A stretch of DNA of 64,000 nt from Nitrospirota bacterium (lineage in GTDB: Bacteria > Nitrospirota > Thermodesulfovibrionia > UBA6902 > DSMQ01), in assembly GCA_016212185.1 (NCBI GenBank), contig JACRGX010000069.1:673-64672 (forward strand). Reading direction: 5' to 3'. Each line of letters starts with the position of its first letter. Position 1 is the stretch's first letter. The position numbers and the translations under genes are program-made. The notes beneath the pieces are model-generated. The model did no database searches. It saw only the letters and a list, made by a program, of their open reading frames with translations, and was not told where the DNA came from. Shown here in pieces: positions 20,135 to 29,423 of this stretch.

Positions 20135-22387
20135 ATGCATCCGGTATTAGTTAAGCCACGTTTTCTTATCGCAGTTTTTTTTATACTGCTTGTTTTTTTA
20201 TCTCCATTAGTCTGTTTTGCCTCTGACCTGGATAATAAACCTTCTGCGGTTGTAAAGGACGATTCTCAGGAGCAGATTAAGGAGCAATTTAAAAAGGCAG
20301 TTGAATTAAGCAGAACAGGCTCTTATAAGGATGCAGAGGAAATTCTTTTAAAATTAACAGGCGATAATTTATGGAAGGGTAAGGTGTATCTTTTGCTCGG
20401 CAGGATTTACAAGGAGCAGAATTTATTTGATAAGGCTGAAGAGCGTTTAATTTATGCTGTCGGTTCCTGTCCCCTGCTTAAGGACTATGCCTTAAAACTG
20501 CTGACTGATGTATATATTTCCGCAGAAAAATTTGATAAAGCCGTTGAGACTGCGCGGCAGATACAGCACAAGGTTCTTTTAAAAGATGCAAGAAAATCTG
20601 AGATTACAGCGCTGTTTAAGGCAAAACGTGAAGACGAGACAATGGACCTGCTTCAGCGCTTCACCAAAGATTATTCAAATGAATGGGAGTTGAGATTAAC
20701 TCTTGCACGGCTTTTAAAAAATCACAACAAAACCGATGAGGCTGTCAGTTTGTTCAAAAAAATATACATTAATGCAGTTCCAGTATCCGCTGACGCCTTA
20801 TGGGAATTAAAAGATATGAAGGCAGACACATTTACTTCAGAGGAACTTCTGAAGAGGGCGGATAATCTTTTTGATAAGGGTAATTTTCAGAGGGCGGAGG
20901 AAACTTACAGGGAAGTTCTTAAAGGACAGAAGTCAGAATCCAGAACCCAGAACCTGCCTACCGGACAGGCAGGCACAGACTACGGAACACAGAAGGCAGA
21001 ATCCAGAATTCAAAATCCAGAATCAAAAAGCATTATAGACAAAAACAAGATTATTTTTTCAATAGGGATGTGCCAGTTCAGATTAAGGCAATATGACAAG
21101 GCGGCTAAAAATTTTGCATCAGTCAACACCCCTGAGGCAATGTTTTGGGAGGGCAGGGCGTATAACAGGATTAATGATGAAGAAGGCTTTGGCAGGATTA
21201 TCAAAAAATTTGAAAAAGAATATCCCTTGGATGAACGCCTTGCTAAACTGCTTCTCATATCAGCGGACAATCTGAGGGAGGCAGGCAAAGCAACAGAGGC
21301 GGGGGAAATATTCAAGAGAATTATAAAAGATTTTCCGCAGATGACAGAGGATGCCCTCTGGGGGCTTGGATGGATGAGCTACACATTGCAGGATTACAAA
21401 TCCGCCTCAGAATATTTTTCAAAACTGTCCGTATCTTCCAATGGAGATAATCAAAAAAAATATCTTTACTGGCAGATGAAAAGTATTCAGAAATCAAGTG
21501 AAAACTGTGCGAAGGCTAAGGTTGAAGGCAAAAACGCTGATGAGCGGTGTCCTGAAAAAGACGAGGCTGTGTTAACAAGAATTTCTGAAGGCAGCGGGTA
21601 TTACAATTATCTTGTTAAATCCAGCGCTGTACCGGCAGGTCCTCTTGAAAATTCAGGACAGCCTGCAGGCATCAAGCGCGGGGGCGTATTTACTCAAAGG
21701 CCTGATGGAGAGTCTTATGAAAGGATTGAAGCGCTTATATCCTTAGACATGAAGAATGATGCGGCAAATGAAATAAATGCAGTTATTCAAAAGGTGCTCA
21801 AGCCCGAAGAGTTTTTATATCTCGGCTATACGGCAATGAGCATAGGAGAGTACAGGAAAATAATTGCACTGACAGAAGAAATTCAAAAGGATGAATTTCT
21901 TCCAATGGCATATCCGCTTGGCTATTGGGACATTGTGAAAATGGCTTCTGAGCGTGAAAATGTGGATGCCTATCTTGTGACTGCAATAATAAGGGAAGAA
22001 AGCCGTTTTGACCCTGCCGCTACGTCTAATGCCGGGGCGCTTGGTCTTATGCAGCTTATGCCTGCTACCGCGCAGAGATTTAAAAGTAAGGTCAAGATAG
22101 AGCTGAAGGATAATTCGGATATTTACGATGCTGAAAAAAATATTCTGATAGGCGCTCATTACCTGTCATGGCTTATTAAAGAATTTAAAGCCCTGCCTTA
22201 TGCGATTGCCGCTTATAACGCAGGGGAAAGTGTATTGCAGAAATGGCTGGACCAGAACGGCAAAAAAGAGATAGACGAATTTATTGAGGAAATTCCATAT
22301 GCCGAGACAAGAAAATATGTTAAGAAAGTGTTAAAAAGCTACTGGCAGTACAGGGCCATGGAAGGACTGCCTGCTGCGGCGTTTTAG
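20135..22387 (+). CDS. slt: Soluble lytic murein transglycosylase (Slt70-like)
   Basis: Signal peptide, long TPR/superhelical N-domain and a C-terminal SLT domain (IIREESRFDPAATSNAGALGLMQLMPATA...AYNAGE). In-frame repeat insertion at 20927-21025. Confidence 0.85.
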   Translation: MHPVLVKPRFLIAVFFILLVFLSPLVCFASDLDNKPSAVVKDDSQEQIKEQFKKAVELSRTGSYKDAEEILLKLTGDNLWKGKVYLLLGRIYKEQNLFDKAEERLIYAVGSCPLLKDYALKLLTDVYISAEKFDKAVETARQIQHKVLLKDARKSEITALFKAKREDETMDLLQRFTKDYSNEWELRLTLARLLKNHNKTDEAVSLFKKIYINAVPVSADALWELKDMKADTFTSEELLKRADNLFDKGNFQRAEETYREVLKGQKSESRTQNLPTGQAGTDYGTQKAESRIQNPESKSIIDKNKIIFSIGMCQFRLRQYDKAAKNFASVNTPEAMFWEGRAYNRINDEEGFGRIIKKFEKEYPLDERLAKLLLISADNLREAGKATEAGEIFKRIIKDFPQMTEDALWGLGWMSYTLQDYKSASEYFSKLSVSSNGDNQKKYLYWQMKSIQKSSENCAKAKVEGKNADERCPEKDEAVLTRISEGSGYYNYLVKSSAVPAGPLENSGQPAGIKRGGVFTQRPDGESYERIEALISLDMKNDAANEINAVIQKVLKPEEFLYLGYTAMSIGEYRKIIALTEEIQKDEFLPMAYPLGYWDIVKMASERENVDAYLVTAIIREESRFDPAATSNAGALGLMQLMPATAQRFKSKVKIELKDNSDIYDAEKNILIGAHYLSWLIKEFKALPYAIAAYNAGESVLQKWLDQNGKKEIDEFIEEIPYAETRKYVKKVLKSYWQYRAMEGLPAAAF

Positions 22388-22424
22388 TTAGAGAATTCCT
22401 CGTCGGGGAGATACCTCTATAGTT

Positions 22425-22504
22425 ATCATTCCCGCGTGTTTTAAGCGGGAATCCAGAGATTTTTTTAAAGGGAAATGGATTCCCCAATTAAATCGGGGAA
22501 TGAC
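22425..22504. repeat. Nested palindromic element, GTCATTCC family, copy 3
   Basis: atcattcccgcgtgttttaagcgggaatccag...ggattccccaattaaatcggggaatgac. Confidence 0.8.
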
Positions 22505-22716
22505 ATTTTTAAACATATTTTCAGAGCAATGACGGATTTAAAGGTATTTTCGGTTCAATGACGGACAAGGGTGATTTTCAAACTCCTTTGTAATCCATGT
22601 ACTTCGGCTTAACGGGGTTTACTTTTTGGCAGTATTTTGATAAGTTACAAGCCATGCAACAGAGCATGTTTGCGTTTTTTGAGGAGAAGGAAGGGCATTT
22701 AAAGGAGGATTCACAT

Positions 22717-22986
22717 ATGGATAAAGTGCAGATGCTTGAGGAGAAAATTTTAAAGGTGGTTGACAGGATTAAGGGATTAACAGATGAAAACAAAACGCTG
22801 AATTCAAGGGTAAAAACGCTTGAAGATGAGCTTAAGAAGAAAGAAAGCCAGCTTGAATCTTTAAAGTATAATACAAAGGAGATCGACAAGCTGAGCGCTG
22901 ATTTAAATAAATTGCAGCAGGAGAAGGAAGGCACAAAGGGTCAGATAGAATCAATACTGAAGGAGCTTGAATCAGTAGGGCTGTAA
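22717..22986 (+). CDS. Coiled-coil cell-division protein (ZapB-like)
   Basis: 89 aa of heptad-rich sequence behind an aaggagg RBS, immediately upstream of zapA. The longer ORF from 22597 has no RBS. Confidence 0.5.
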   Translation: MDKVQMLEEKILKVVDRIKGLTDENKTLNSRVKTLEDELKKKESQLESLKYNTKEIDKLSADLNKLQQEKEGTKGQIESILKELESVGL

Positions 22987-23096
22987 AAAACAAAGGGGTC
23001 AAGTGATAAAGGATTCAAGGGGTCAAGTGAAAAACTTTTTAAAACCAACACTTGAACCCTCGAACCCTGGAATCCTTGAATCCTGAAAAAAAACAA

Positions 23097-23369
23097 ATGG
23101 CTGCAAAAACTATTGAAGTCCAGATATTAGGGCAGAATTATTCCATCAAGGTGGATGAGGATGAGGCATATGTAAAATCCCTGGCGCAGTATGTTGATGA
23201 AAAACTCAGGGAGATTTACAGCAACGCCCCTACGGCAAACCACCTTAAAGTTGCTATTATGGCTTCTCTTAATATTGCCGATGAACTCTTTAAGCTCAGG
23301 ATGGAGCATGAAAATCTTGACAGGATGATTGAGGAGAAGACTAAGATTCTGTCAGGGCTGGTGGAGTAA
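23097..23369 (+). CDS. zapA: Cell division protein ZapA
   Basis: IEVQILGQNYSIKVDEDEAYVKSLAQYVDEKLREI...AIMASLNIADEL. Start trimmed to ATG 23097; the upstream part of the ORF is a repeat arm. Confidence 0.8.
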   Translation: MAAKTIEVQILGQNYSIKVDEDEAYVKSLAQYVDEKLREIYSNAPTANHLKVAIMASLNIADELFKLRMEHENLDRMIEEKTKILSGLVE

Positions 23370-23374
23370 CTGCT

Positions 23375-24856
23375 ATGGAAGACACTAACGATTTAATACA
23401 GGAACGGTTCAAAAAACTTAACACCCTTAAGAAGTCCGGGATTGACCCTTACGGCGGTCCTTTTGATGTCAAAGACAGGGCAAAGGACATAATTGATAAT
23501 TACGGGCCTCTAAGCAAGGAAGAGCTTAAGGCAAAGAATGTCAGTTGCACAATTGCAGGCAGGATAATTGCCATGAGGGACTTTGGAAAGGCCTGCTTTG
23601 CCCACATCCAGGATGCAACAGGCAAAATTCAGGTCTATCTGAGAAAGGATGCCCTCGGCGCAGGCTATGACATACTTAAGAATATTGACATTGGGGATAT
23701 TGCCGGCTTAAGCGGCAAGGTGTTCAGGACCAAGACAAATGAACTTACGATTGAGGCTAAAGATATCACCCTGCTTTGCAAATCCCTGAGACCCCTGCCT
23801 GAGAAATGGCACGGTCTTAAAGACATTGAAACCCGCTACAGGCAGCGCTATGTGGACCTGATTGCAAATCCTTCCGTAAAGGAGATGTTTTTAAAACGGA
23901 GCAGGCTTATTAAATCAATCAGGGATTTTTTTGACGCAAGGGGCTTTATGGAAGTTGAGACACCTATGATGCATCCCATCCCCGGCGGGGCAAATGCAAA
24001 ACCGTTTAAGACCCATCATAACGCGCTCGGCATGGACCTTTATCTAAGGATAGCGCCTGAGCTTTATTTAAAGAAGCTTATTGTAGGCGGATACGAGAGG
24101 GTTTATGAAATCAACAAAAATTTCAGAAATGAAGGCATTTCCACAAGGCACAACCCTGAATTTACCATGCTGGAATTTTATATAGCTTATACTGATTACA
24201 GATATTTGATGGGCTTTACTGAGGAGCTTATTACTTTTTTATGCGCAGAGACTGCCGGCGGATTGAGTGTGCCTTACGGAGATGCGGACGGCACCATTGA
24301 TTTTACTCCGCCGTGGAAGAGACTGACCATGCATGACGCAATGCAGATGCACAGCGTTGACCCTTCTGTTTTCAACGGGTTGACTGCTGCAAGGGATTAC
24401 GCAGTTAAAAACGGCATTGATATAGATAAAAAGGCAACTCACGGAAAAATTCTTGACGAAATATTCAAAGAAAAAATTGAACCCAATCTGATACAGCCGA
24501 CATTTATACTTGATTATCCTGTTGAACTTTCCCCCCTAGCAAAGAGGAAGAAGGAAGATCCTGGACTTGTGGAGAGGTTTGAATTGTTTATTGGCGCCCG
24601 GGAGATTGCGAACGCCTTCTCAGAGCTGAATGACCCGGCAGACCAGAGGGAGAGATTTTTAAGTCAGGTGGAGGCAAGGCAAATGGGGGATGAGGAAGCA
24701 GGTTTTATGGATGAGGATTTTGTCAGGGCATTGGAATACGGCATGCCGCCCACTGCAGGGGAAGGAATAGGCATTGACAGGCTGCTGATGCTGCTTGCAA
24801 ATGCACAGTCAATAAGGGATGTAATCCTGTTTCCGCAGTTAAAACCGGAACAATAA
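23375..24856 (+). CDS. lysS: Lysine--tRNA ligase, class II
   Basis: OB-fold N-domain and class II motifs (FMEVETPMMH, FRNEGIS.RHNPEFTMLEFY, GIGIDRLLMLL). Confidence 0.95.
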   Translation: MEDTNDLIQERFKKLNTLKKSGIDPYGGPFDVKDRAKDIIDNYGPLSKEELKAKNVSCTIAGRIIAMRDFGKACFAHIQDATGKIQVYLRKDALGAGYDILKNIDIGDIAGLSGKVFRTKTNELTIEAKDITLLCKSLRPLPEKWHGLKDIETRYRQRYVDLIANPSVKEMFLKRSRLIKSIRDFFDARGFMEVETPMMHPIPGGANAKPFKTHHNALGMDLYLRIAPELYLKKLIVGGYERVYEINKNFRNEGISTRHNPEFTMLEFYIAYTDYRYLMGFTEELITFLCAETAGGLSVPYGDADGTIDFTPPWKRLTMHDAMQMHSVDPSVFNGLTAARDYAVKNGIDIDKKATHGKILDEIFKEKIEPNLIQPTFILDYPVELSPLAKRKKEDPGLVERFELFIGAREIANAFSELNDPADQRERFLSQVEARQMGDEEAGFMDEDFVRALEYGMPPTAGEGIGIDRLLMLLANAQSIRDVILFPQLKPEQ

Positions 24857-24861
24857 ATACA

Positions 24862-26127
24862 GTGAACAGTGAACAGAAAATTAATAAAGGCACATCATTT
24901 TATCTGCCATATCAGCTTTTCATAAGCCTCCGTTACCTCAGGACCAAAAAAAAGCAAAGGGGCATTTCGGTAAATACCGCAATCTCCATTGCAGGGGTTG
25001 CGCTCGGCGTTACGGCTTTGATTATAGTCCTTTCGGTAATGAGCGGGTTTCAGGATGACCTCCAGAAAAAAATACTCGGCGTGAATGCCCATATTGTTGT
25101 TTTAAGTTATGAAGGGAAATTAAAAGGGCAGGCAGAACTCCGCGAAAAGATCGGCAGGATTAAGGGGATTAAAAATTCCACCCCATTTGTTTATGGTCAG
25201 GCAATGCTCGGCTCAGGCGCCAAGGGGCATGGCGTTGTTGTAAGGGGCATAGAGCCTGATGTTGAAATCATGACAACGGATATTTTTAAAAATATTAAAA
25301 ATGGAAGCATTGATGCGCTGAAGAAAGATACCGGCACTCCGGGGATAATAATCGGCAGGGAACTTTTAAGAAATCTGGGTTTGTTTGTCGGCGATGAGGT
25401 CAACCTGATATCGCCGTTCGGCATTGCCGGCCCTCTCGGGATGCTCCCGAAGATAAAGAAGTTTAAAGTCGCCGGGTTTTTTGAGGCAGGGATGTATGAA
25501 TACGACTCAAGCCTTGCCTATATAAATATAAAAGATGCTCAGGATTTTTTTAATTATCAGGACAGTGTTACTGGAATTGAAATAAAGGTTGATGACATAT
25601 ACAGCACAGAAAAGACAGGCCTTGAGATTGAGAATACGCTTGGTGTTCCGTATTACACGCGGGACTGGAAACAGATGAACAAAAATCTTTTTGCGGCTTT
25701 GAAATTGGAGAAAATCGTCATGTTTATAATACTTGTCCTGATAGTGCTTGTAGCATCATTCAATATCATAAGCAATCTTGTAATGATAGTGATTGAAAAA
25801 TCCAGGGAAATCGCCATCCTTAAGGCAATGGGCGCAACCAGCAGGGGAATTATGTCTATCTTTGTGATACACGGGCTGATAATAGGAATTGTCGGCACAA
25901 TTATCGGGATCACAGGCGGTTATACGGTCTGCTATCTGCTGAAGACATATAAGTTTATTAGCCTTCCTGCCGACGTTTATTATCTTAGTTACCTGCCTGT
26001 AAAGATGAATCTGCCTGATTTTATTGCCGTGTCAGCCGCTGCTGTTTTTATAAGTTTTATTGCAACTATTTATCCTTCGTGGCAGGCTGCAAAATTAAAT
26101 CCTGTGGAGCCGCTGAGATACGAGTGA
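24862..26127 (+). CDS. lolC: Lipoprotein-releasing ABC permease LolC/LolE (FtsX/MacB fold)
   Basis: LFISLRYLRTKKK N-terminus, large periplasmic domain and a C-terminal FtsX domain. The GTG start lies within a GTGAACA word repeat, so the start is uncertain. Confidence 0.85.
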   Translation: MNSEQKINKGTSFYLPYQLFISLRYLRTKKKQRGISVNTAISIAGVALGVTALIIVLSVMSGFQDDLQKKILGVNAHIVVLSYEGKLKGQAELREKIGRIKGIKNSTPFVYGQAMLGSGAKGHGVVVRGIEPDVEIMTTDIFKNIKNGSIDALKKDTGTPGIIIGRELLRNLGLFVGDEVNLISPFGIAGPLGMLPKIKKFKVAGFFEAGMYEYDSSLAYINIKDAQDFFNYQDSVTGIEIKVDDIYSTEKTGLEIENTLGVPYYTRDWKQMNKNLFAALKLEKIVMFIILVLIVLVASFNIISNLVMIVIEKSREIAILKAMGATSRGIMSIFVIHGLIIGIVGTIIGITGGYTVCYLLKTYKFISLPADVYYLSYLPVKMNLPDFIAVSAAAVFISFIATIYPSWQAAKLNPVEPLRYE

Positions 26128-26161
26128 GAAAGTTAAAAGTTGAGAGTTAAAAGTTAAGGAT

Positions 26162-26458
26162 ATGTTTAAGCTTATTTTCAGAATAATTGCTGTTTTTGTA
26201 ATCCTGATTGTCGCTGTTATTGCCCTTGCTGTTTGGAAGGGTGGGGATGGTTTCAGGTGGATCGGCAGAAAGACTGAGTCCGCAGGCAGGGCGGTTGAAA
26301 AGCTCGGCGACATGGTTGACGGCATAAAGGAAGGGAAGGAAAGGGCGGGAAAGGCATTAAAGGGAATAAAAGAAGGCATGGATAATAAAGAGGATAAAAA
26401 GCAGGGTCAGGCACAGGATAAAAATGAAGGCATTAATAAGCGTAAGAAATCTGAATAA
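26162..26458 (+). CDS. Small membrane-anchored, Lys/Gly/Glu-rich protein of unknown function
   Basis: One N-terminal TM helix then a charged low-complexity tail. Wedged between lolC and lolD, overlapping the lolD start by 35 nt. Confidence 0.35.
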   Translation: MFKLIFRIIAVFVILIVAVIALAVWKGGDGFRWIGRKTESAGRAVEKLGDMVDGIKEGKERAGKALKGIKEGMDNKEDKKQGQAQDKNEGINKRKKSE

Positions 26459-27122
26459 GACTTTTTCGGGCAATGGCATAGAGCTTCATGTCCTGAAGGG
26501 GATAAACCTTGAGATATATGAAGGGGAGGTTGCCGCCATAATGGGACCTTCAGGCGTGGGCAAAAGCACTCTGCTTCATATCATTGGAACCCTTGATATG
26601 CCGACATCAGGAGATGTTTTTTATGAAGACAGGGATATTTCTTCACTTGATGAAAATGCCCTGTCAGGCTTCAGGAACAGGACAATCGGATTTATTTTTC
26701 AGTTCCATCATCTTTTGCCGGAATTTACTGCCGTTGAAAATATAATGATGCCGGCGATGATAAGTCAGGGGTCAAGGGGTCAAGGGGTCAAGGGGTCAAG
26801 TTATGGAGAGATTAAAGAAAAGGCAGAGAGGCTTTTAAAAGAACTTGATGTATATGAAAGAAGAAATCACAAGCCGGGAGAACTCTCAGGCGGCGAACAG
26901 CAGAGGATTGCGGCGGCGAGGGCGCTTATACTTGAGCCGAAGATTGTATTTGCTGATGAACCCACCGGCAACCTTGACACTCAGACAGGGGATGAGCTGT
27001 TTAATCTTCTGATTGACTTAAACAGGAAAAAGGGCATAACTTTTTTAATCGTAACGCATAACGATGCCCTTGCATCAAAGTGCGGAAGGATTATCAGGAT
27101 ACTGGACGGGCGGGTCGTGTGA
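26424..27122 (+). CDS. lolD: Lipoprotein-releasing ABC transporter ATP-binding protein LolD
   Basis: Walker A GPSGVGKST, signature LSGGEQQR, Walker B IVFADEPT. Contains a (GGGGTCAA)x4 in-frame insertion at 26768-26799. Confidence 0.9.
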   Translation: MKALISVRNLNKTFSGNGIELHVLKGINLEIYEGEVAAIMGPSGVGKSTLLHIIGTLDMPTSGDVFYEDRDISSLDENALSGFRNRTIGFIFQFHHLLPEFTAVENIMMPAMISQGSRGQGVKGSSYGEIKEKAERLLKELDVYERRNHKPGELSGGEQQRIAAARALILEPKIVFADEPTGNLDTQTGDELFNLLIDLNRKKGITFLIVTHNDALASKCGRIIRILDGRVV

Positions 27123-27167
27123 AGAAGATGCAAAGGGAGGGTATTACTTAGATTGTCATTTCGGTTT

Positions 27168-27324
27168 CAAAGGCATATATGCCCTCAAAACTTTAAGAAA
27201 GCAACTGTGATTATTATTTGTCATGCTGCAAAAAGTTTTAAGTATTTGCTTTTGGACTATTTAATACAGGCAGCATGACTTTTAATGTGTTGCCCTTAAA
27301 GTTTTTCAGGTACATATGCCTTTG
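27168..27324. mobile_element. MITE-like element, copy D
   Basis: caaaggcatatatgccctcaaaactttaagaaagcaac ... gttgcccttaaagtttttcaggtacatatgcctttg. Followed by a half GTCATTCC element (27332-27354). Confidence 0.7.
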
Positions 27325-27411
27325 GGAGGCTGTCATTCCGGCTTGTCCGGAATCGTTTTTCAAAGGCATACATGCATTTGCAGGGAGGTTTTACCGAGTA
27401 AAATTTGTAAA

Positions 27412-28716
27412 ATGCGCGCATACGACATTATAAAGAAAAAAAGAGACGGATACAGCATAAGCCGCAGTGAATTTGCCGGATTTCTGACAGGCTATTTAAG
27501 AGGCGATATTCCTGACTATCAAATGTCTGCTTTTCTCATGGCAGTGTTTTTTAAGGGCATGACCCGTGAGGAAACTGCTGATATGACGGAGATAATGATT
27601 TCCTCAGGGCCTGTGATTGACCTCTCGGATATTCCCGGACCTAAAGTTGATAAACACAGCACAGGCGGTGTCGGAGACAAGGTAAGCCTGATACTTGCCC
27701 CGCTGGCTGCATCTGCCGGTGTTGTGGTGCCTATGATGTCAGGCAGGGGGCTGGGGCATACAGGCGGCACTCTTGACAAGCTTGAAAGCATCCCGGGTTT
27801 CAGGACCTCACTTAAGGTAAAAGAGTTTAAGGAAATACTCTCAAAAATTAATTGTGCCATGATTGGTTATTCAGATGAGATGGCTCCGCTTGACAGAAGG
27901 CTTTATACATTGCGGGACGTAACTGCCGCTGTTGAATCCATACCGCTTATAACGAGCAGTATAATGTCTAAGAAGCTGAGCGAAGGCATTGAAGGGCTTG
28001 TGCTTGATGTAAAGACAGGCTCGGGTGCATTCATGAAGGATATTGAAGATGCAAGAACTCTCGCAAAGGCAATGGTGGATACGGGGAATGCCTTTGGCGT
28101 TAAGACAACCGCTGTTATTACTGATATGAACGAGCCTCTCGGAATGGCAATAGGAAATTCCATTGAGGTGGTTGAGGTAATAGAGTTTTTTAAGGGAAAC
28201 GGTACTGACGATCTGATGGAGGTTACGCTTTACCTTGGCGCAATGATGCTGAAGACAGCAGGCATAGAGCTGGATATTGAAGGGGGCAGGAAGAGGCTTG
28301 CAAGACTTATTGAAAGCGGCGCGGCGCTTGAGAAATTCGGGGGAATGGTTGAACTTCAGGGAGGCAATCCAAGGATAATTGAGAGACCGACGCTTCTGCC
28401 GCACTCGTGTTTAAGCGTTGATATATTTTCTGAAGAAAAAGGCTATATCAGGCATATTGATGCAGAGGCAGTGGGAACGGCCTCTATGATTCTCGGCGCC
28501 GGAAGAGAGCGGATTGATTCTGTCATTGATCCTGCGGCAGGGATTCTCCTTAAAAAGAAGACAGGGGATTTTGTTGATAAGGGTGAGATGCTTTGTTCTT
28601 TCTGCACCCACGATGAGGCGCTGGTTCAAAAGGCAAGGGAGAAATTTATGGGTACGCTGAAAATCGGAGACACTCCTCCTGAAAAGAGGAAGATGATTTT
28701 GGAAGTGATTGGATAG
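27412..28716 (+). CDS. deoA: Thymidine / pyrimidine-nucleoside phosphorylase
   Basis: MRAYDIIKKKRDG...YQMSAFLMAVFFKGM, DKHSTGGVGDK and SGRGLGHTGGTLDKLE. Start trimmed to ATG 27412; the upstream ORF part is repeat sequence. Confidence 0.9.
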   Translation: MRAYDIIKKKRDGYSISRSEFAGFLTGYLRGDIPDYQMSAFLMAVFFKGMTREETADMTEIMISSGPVIDLSDIPGPKVDKHSTGGVGDKVSLILAPLAASAGVVVPMMSGRGLGHTGGTLDKLESIPGFRTSLKVKEFKEILSKINCAMIGYSDEMAPLDRRLYTLRDVTAAVESIPLITSSIMSKKLSEGIEGLVLDVKTGSGAFMKDIEDARTLAKAMVDTGNAFGVKTTAVITDMNEPLGMAIGNSIEVVEVIEFFKGNGTDDLMEVTLYLGAMMLKTAGIELDIEGGRKRLARLIESGAALEKFGGMVELQGGNPRIIERPTLLPHSCLSVDIFSEEKGYIRHIDAEAVGTASMILGAGRERIDSVIDPAAGILLKKKTGDFVDKGEMLCSFCTHDEALVQKAREKFMGTLKIGDTPPEKRKMILEVIG

Positions 28717-28823
28717 TAGCCAGCAGGTATGCATACCCTCAAAATCTTTAGAAAGCAGCCTGCCTGCCGGGGACACGAAGTTTTTTTCATTGCAAAATTA
28801 TCAATTAGCATTTCAAAATGGTT

Positions 28824-28924
28824 GTCATTCCGGCTTGTCCGGAATCTTTCTTTAAGAAGGTCGTAGCGACTCTTCGCGGAGACTCGCTACGAGATTCCCG
28901 ACGCGCTTCGCTTGCGGGAATGAC
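28824..28924. repeat. Nested palindromic element, GTCATTCC family, copy 4
   Basis: gtcattccggcttgtccggaatc...gtagcgactcttcgcggagactcgctac...attcccgacgcgcttcgcttgcgggaatgac. Preceded by a half MITE end at 28722-28770. Confidence 0.8.
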
Positions 28925-28965
28925 AGCCCATTTTCGGGATTTAATACATGGGCCAATAGCGTAAA

Positions 28966-29325
28966 TTACGCCGTTACGCGTATAATTGTCTTAACATTTC
29001 CCCGCGGATTAAAATCCCCAGTAACCTCCAGCCGCCTCGGCCTAAGAAGTTTTTTCAGGTCGTCAAAAATCCGGTTTGTCACTGCCTCATGTGAAATGTG
29101 CAGATTTCTGAATTTGTTAAAGTAGAGCTTCAGGGATTTGAGTTCAACAATAAATTTATCCGGGATGTAGTTGATTTTTATTACTGCGTAGTCAGGATAG
29201 CCGGAGCGCGGACAGAGGCATGAAAACTCCGGAAAATCTATTTCTATATTGTAGTCGCGATCAGGATAGGGGTTTTCCCATTTCTCAAGTTTTGCCTTTG
29301 ATATTATTTTTTCGCCGTATTTCAT
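28966..29325 (-). CDS. queF: NADPH-dependent 7-cyano-7-deazaguanine (preQ0) reductase, type I
   Basis: [23 protein letters not shown] (catalytic Cys) and the [16 protein letters not shown] motif. 119 aa. Confidence 0.9.
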   Translation of the reverse strand: MKYGEKIISKAKLEKWENPYPDRDYNIEIDFPEFSCLCPRSGYPDYAVIKINYIPDKFIVELKSLKLYFNKFRNLHISHEAVTNRIFDDLKKLLRPRRLEVTGDFNPRGNVKTIIRVTA

Positions 29326-29423
29326 TTCTTTCAGATATTCTTTAAAAAATTTTAATATTTAGCCACTGATTTTCACAGATTTTAAAAAATTGTATGTTTC
29401 TTTTTTTCTGTGTGAATCTGTGT

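Noticed and set aside
22578-22934. 118-aa minus-strand ORF rich in Ser/Phe/Leu
   Set aside because: It is antisense to the coiled-coil (ZapB-like) gene. A low-complexity mirror of a Lys/Glu-rich frame is expected there.
27871-28404. 177-aa minus-strand ORF
   Set aside because: It is antisense to thymidine phosphorylase, which has unmistakable family motifs.
29326-29423. Looked for a preQ1 riboswitch upstream of queF
   Set aside because: The leader contains only CACAGAT-type word repeats forming a hairpin. I could not see the conserved preQ1-I/II/III core elements. A covariance-model scan would still be the decisive test.
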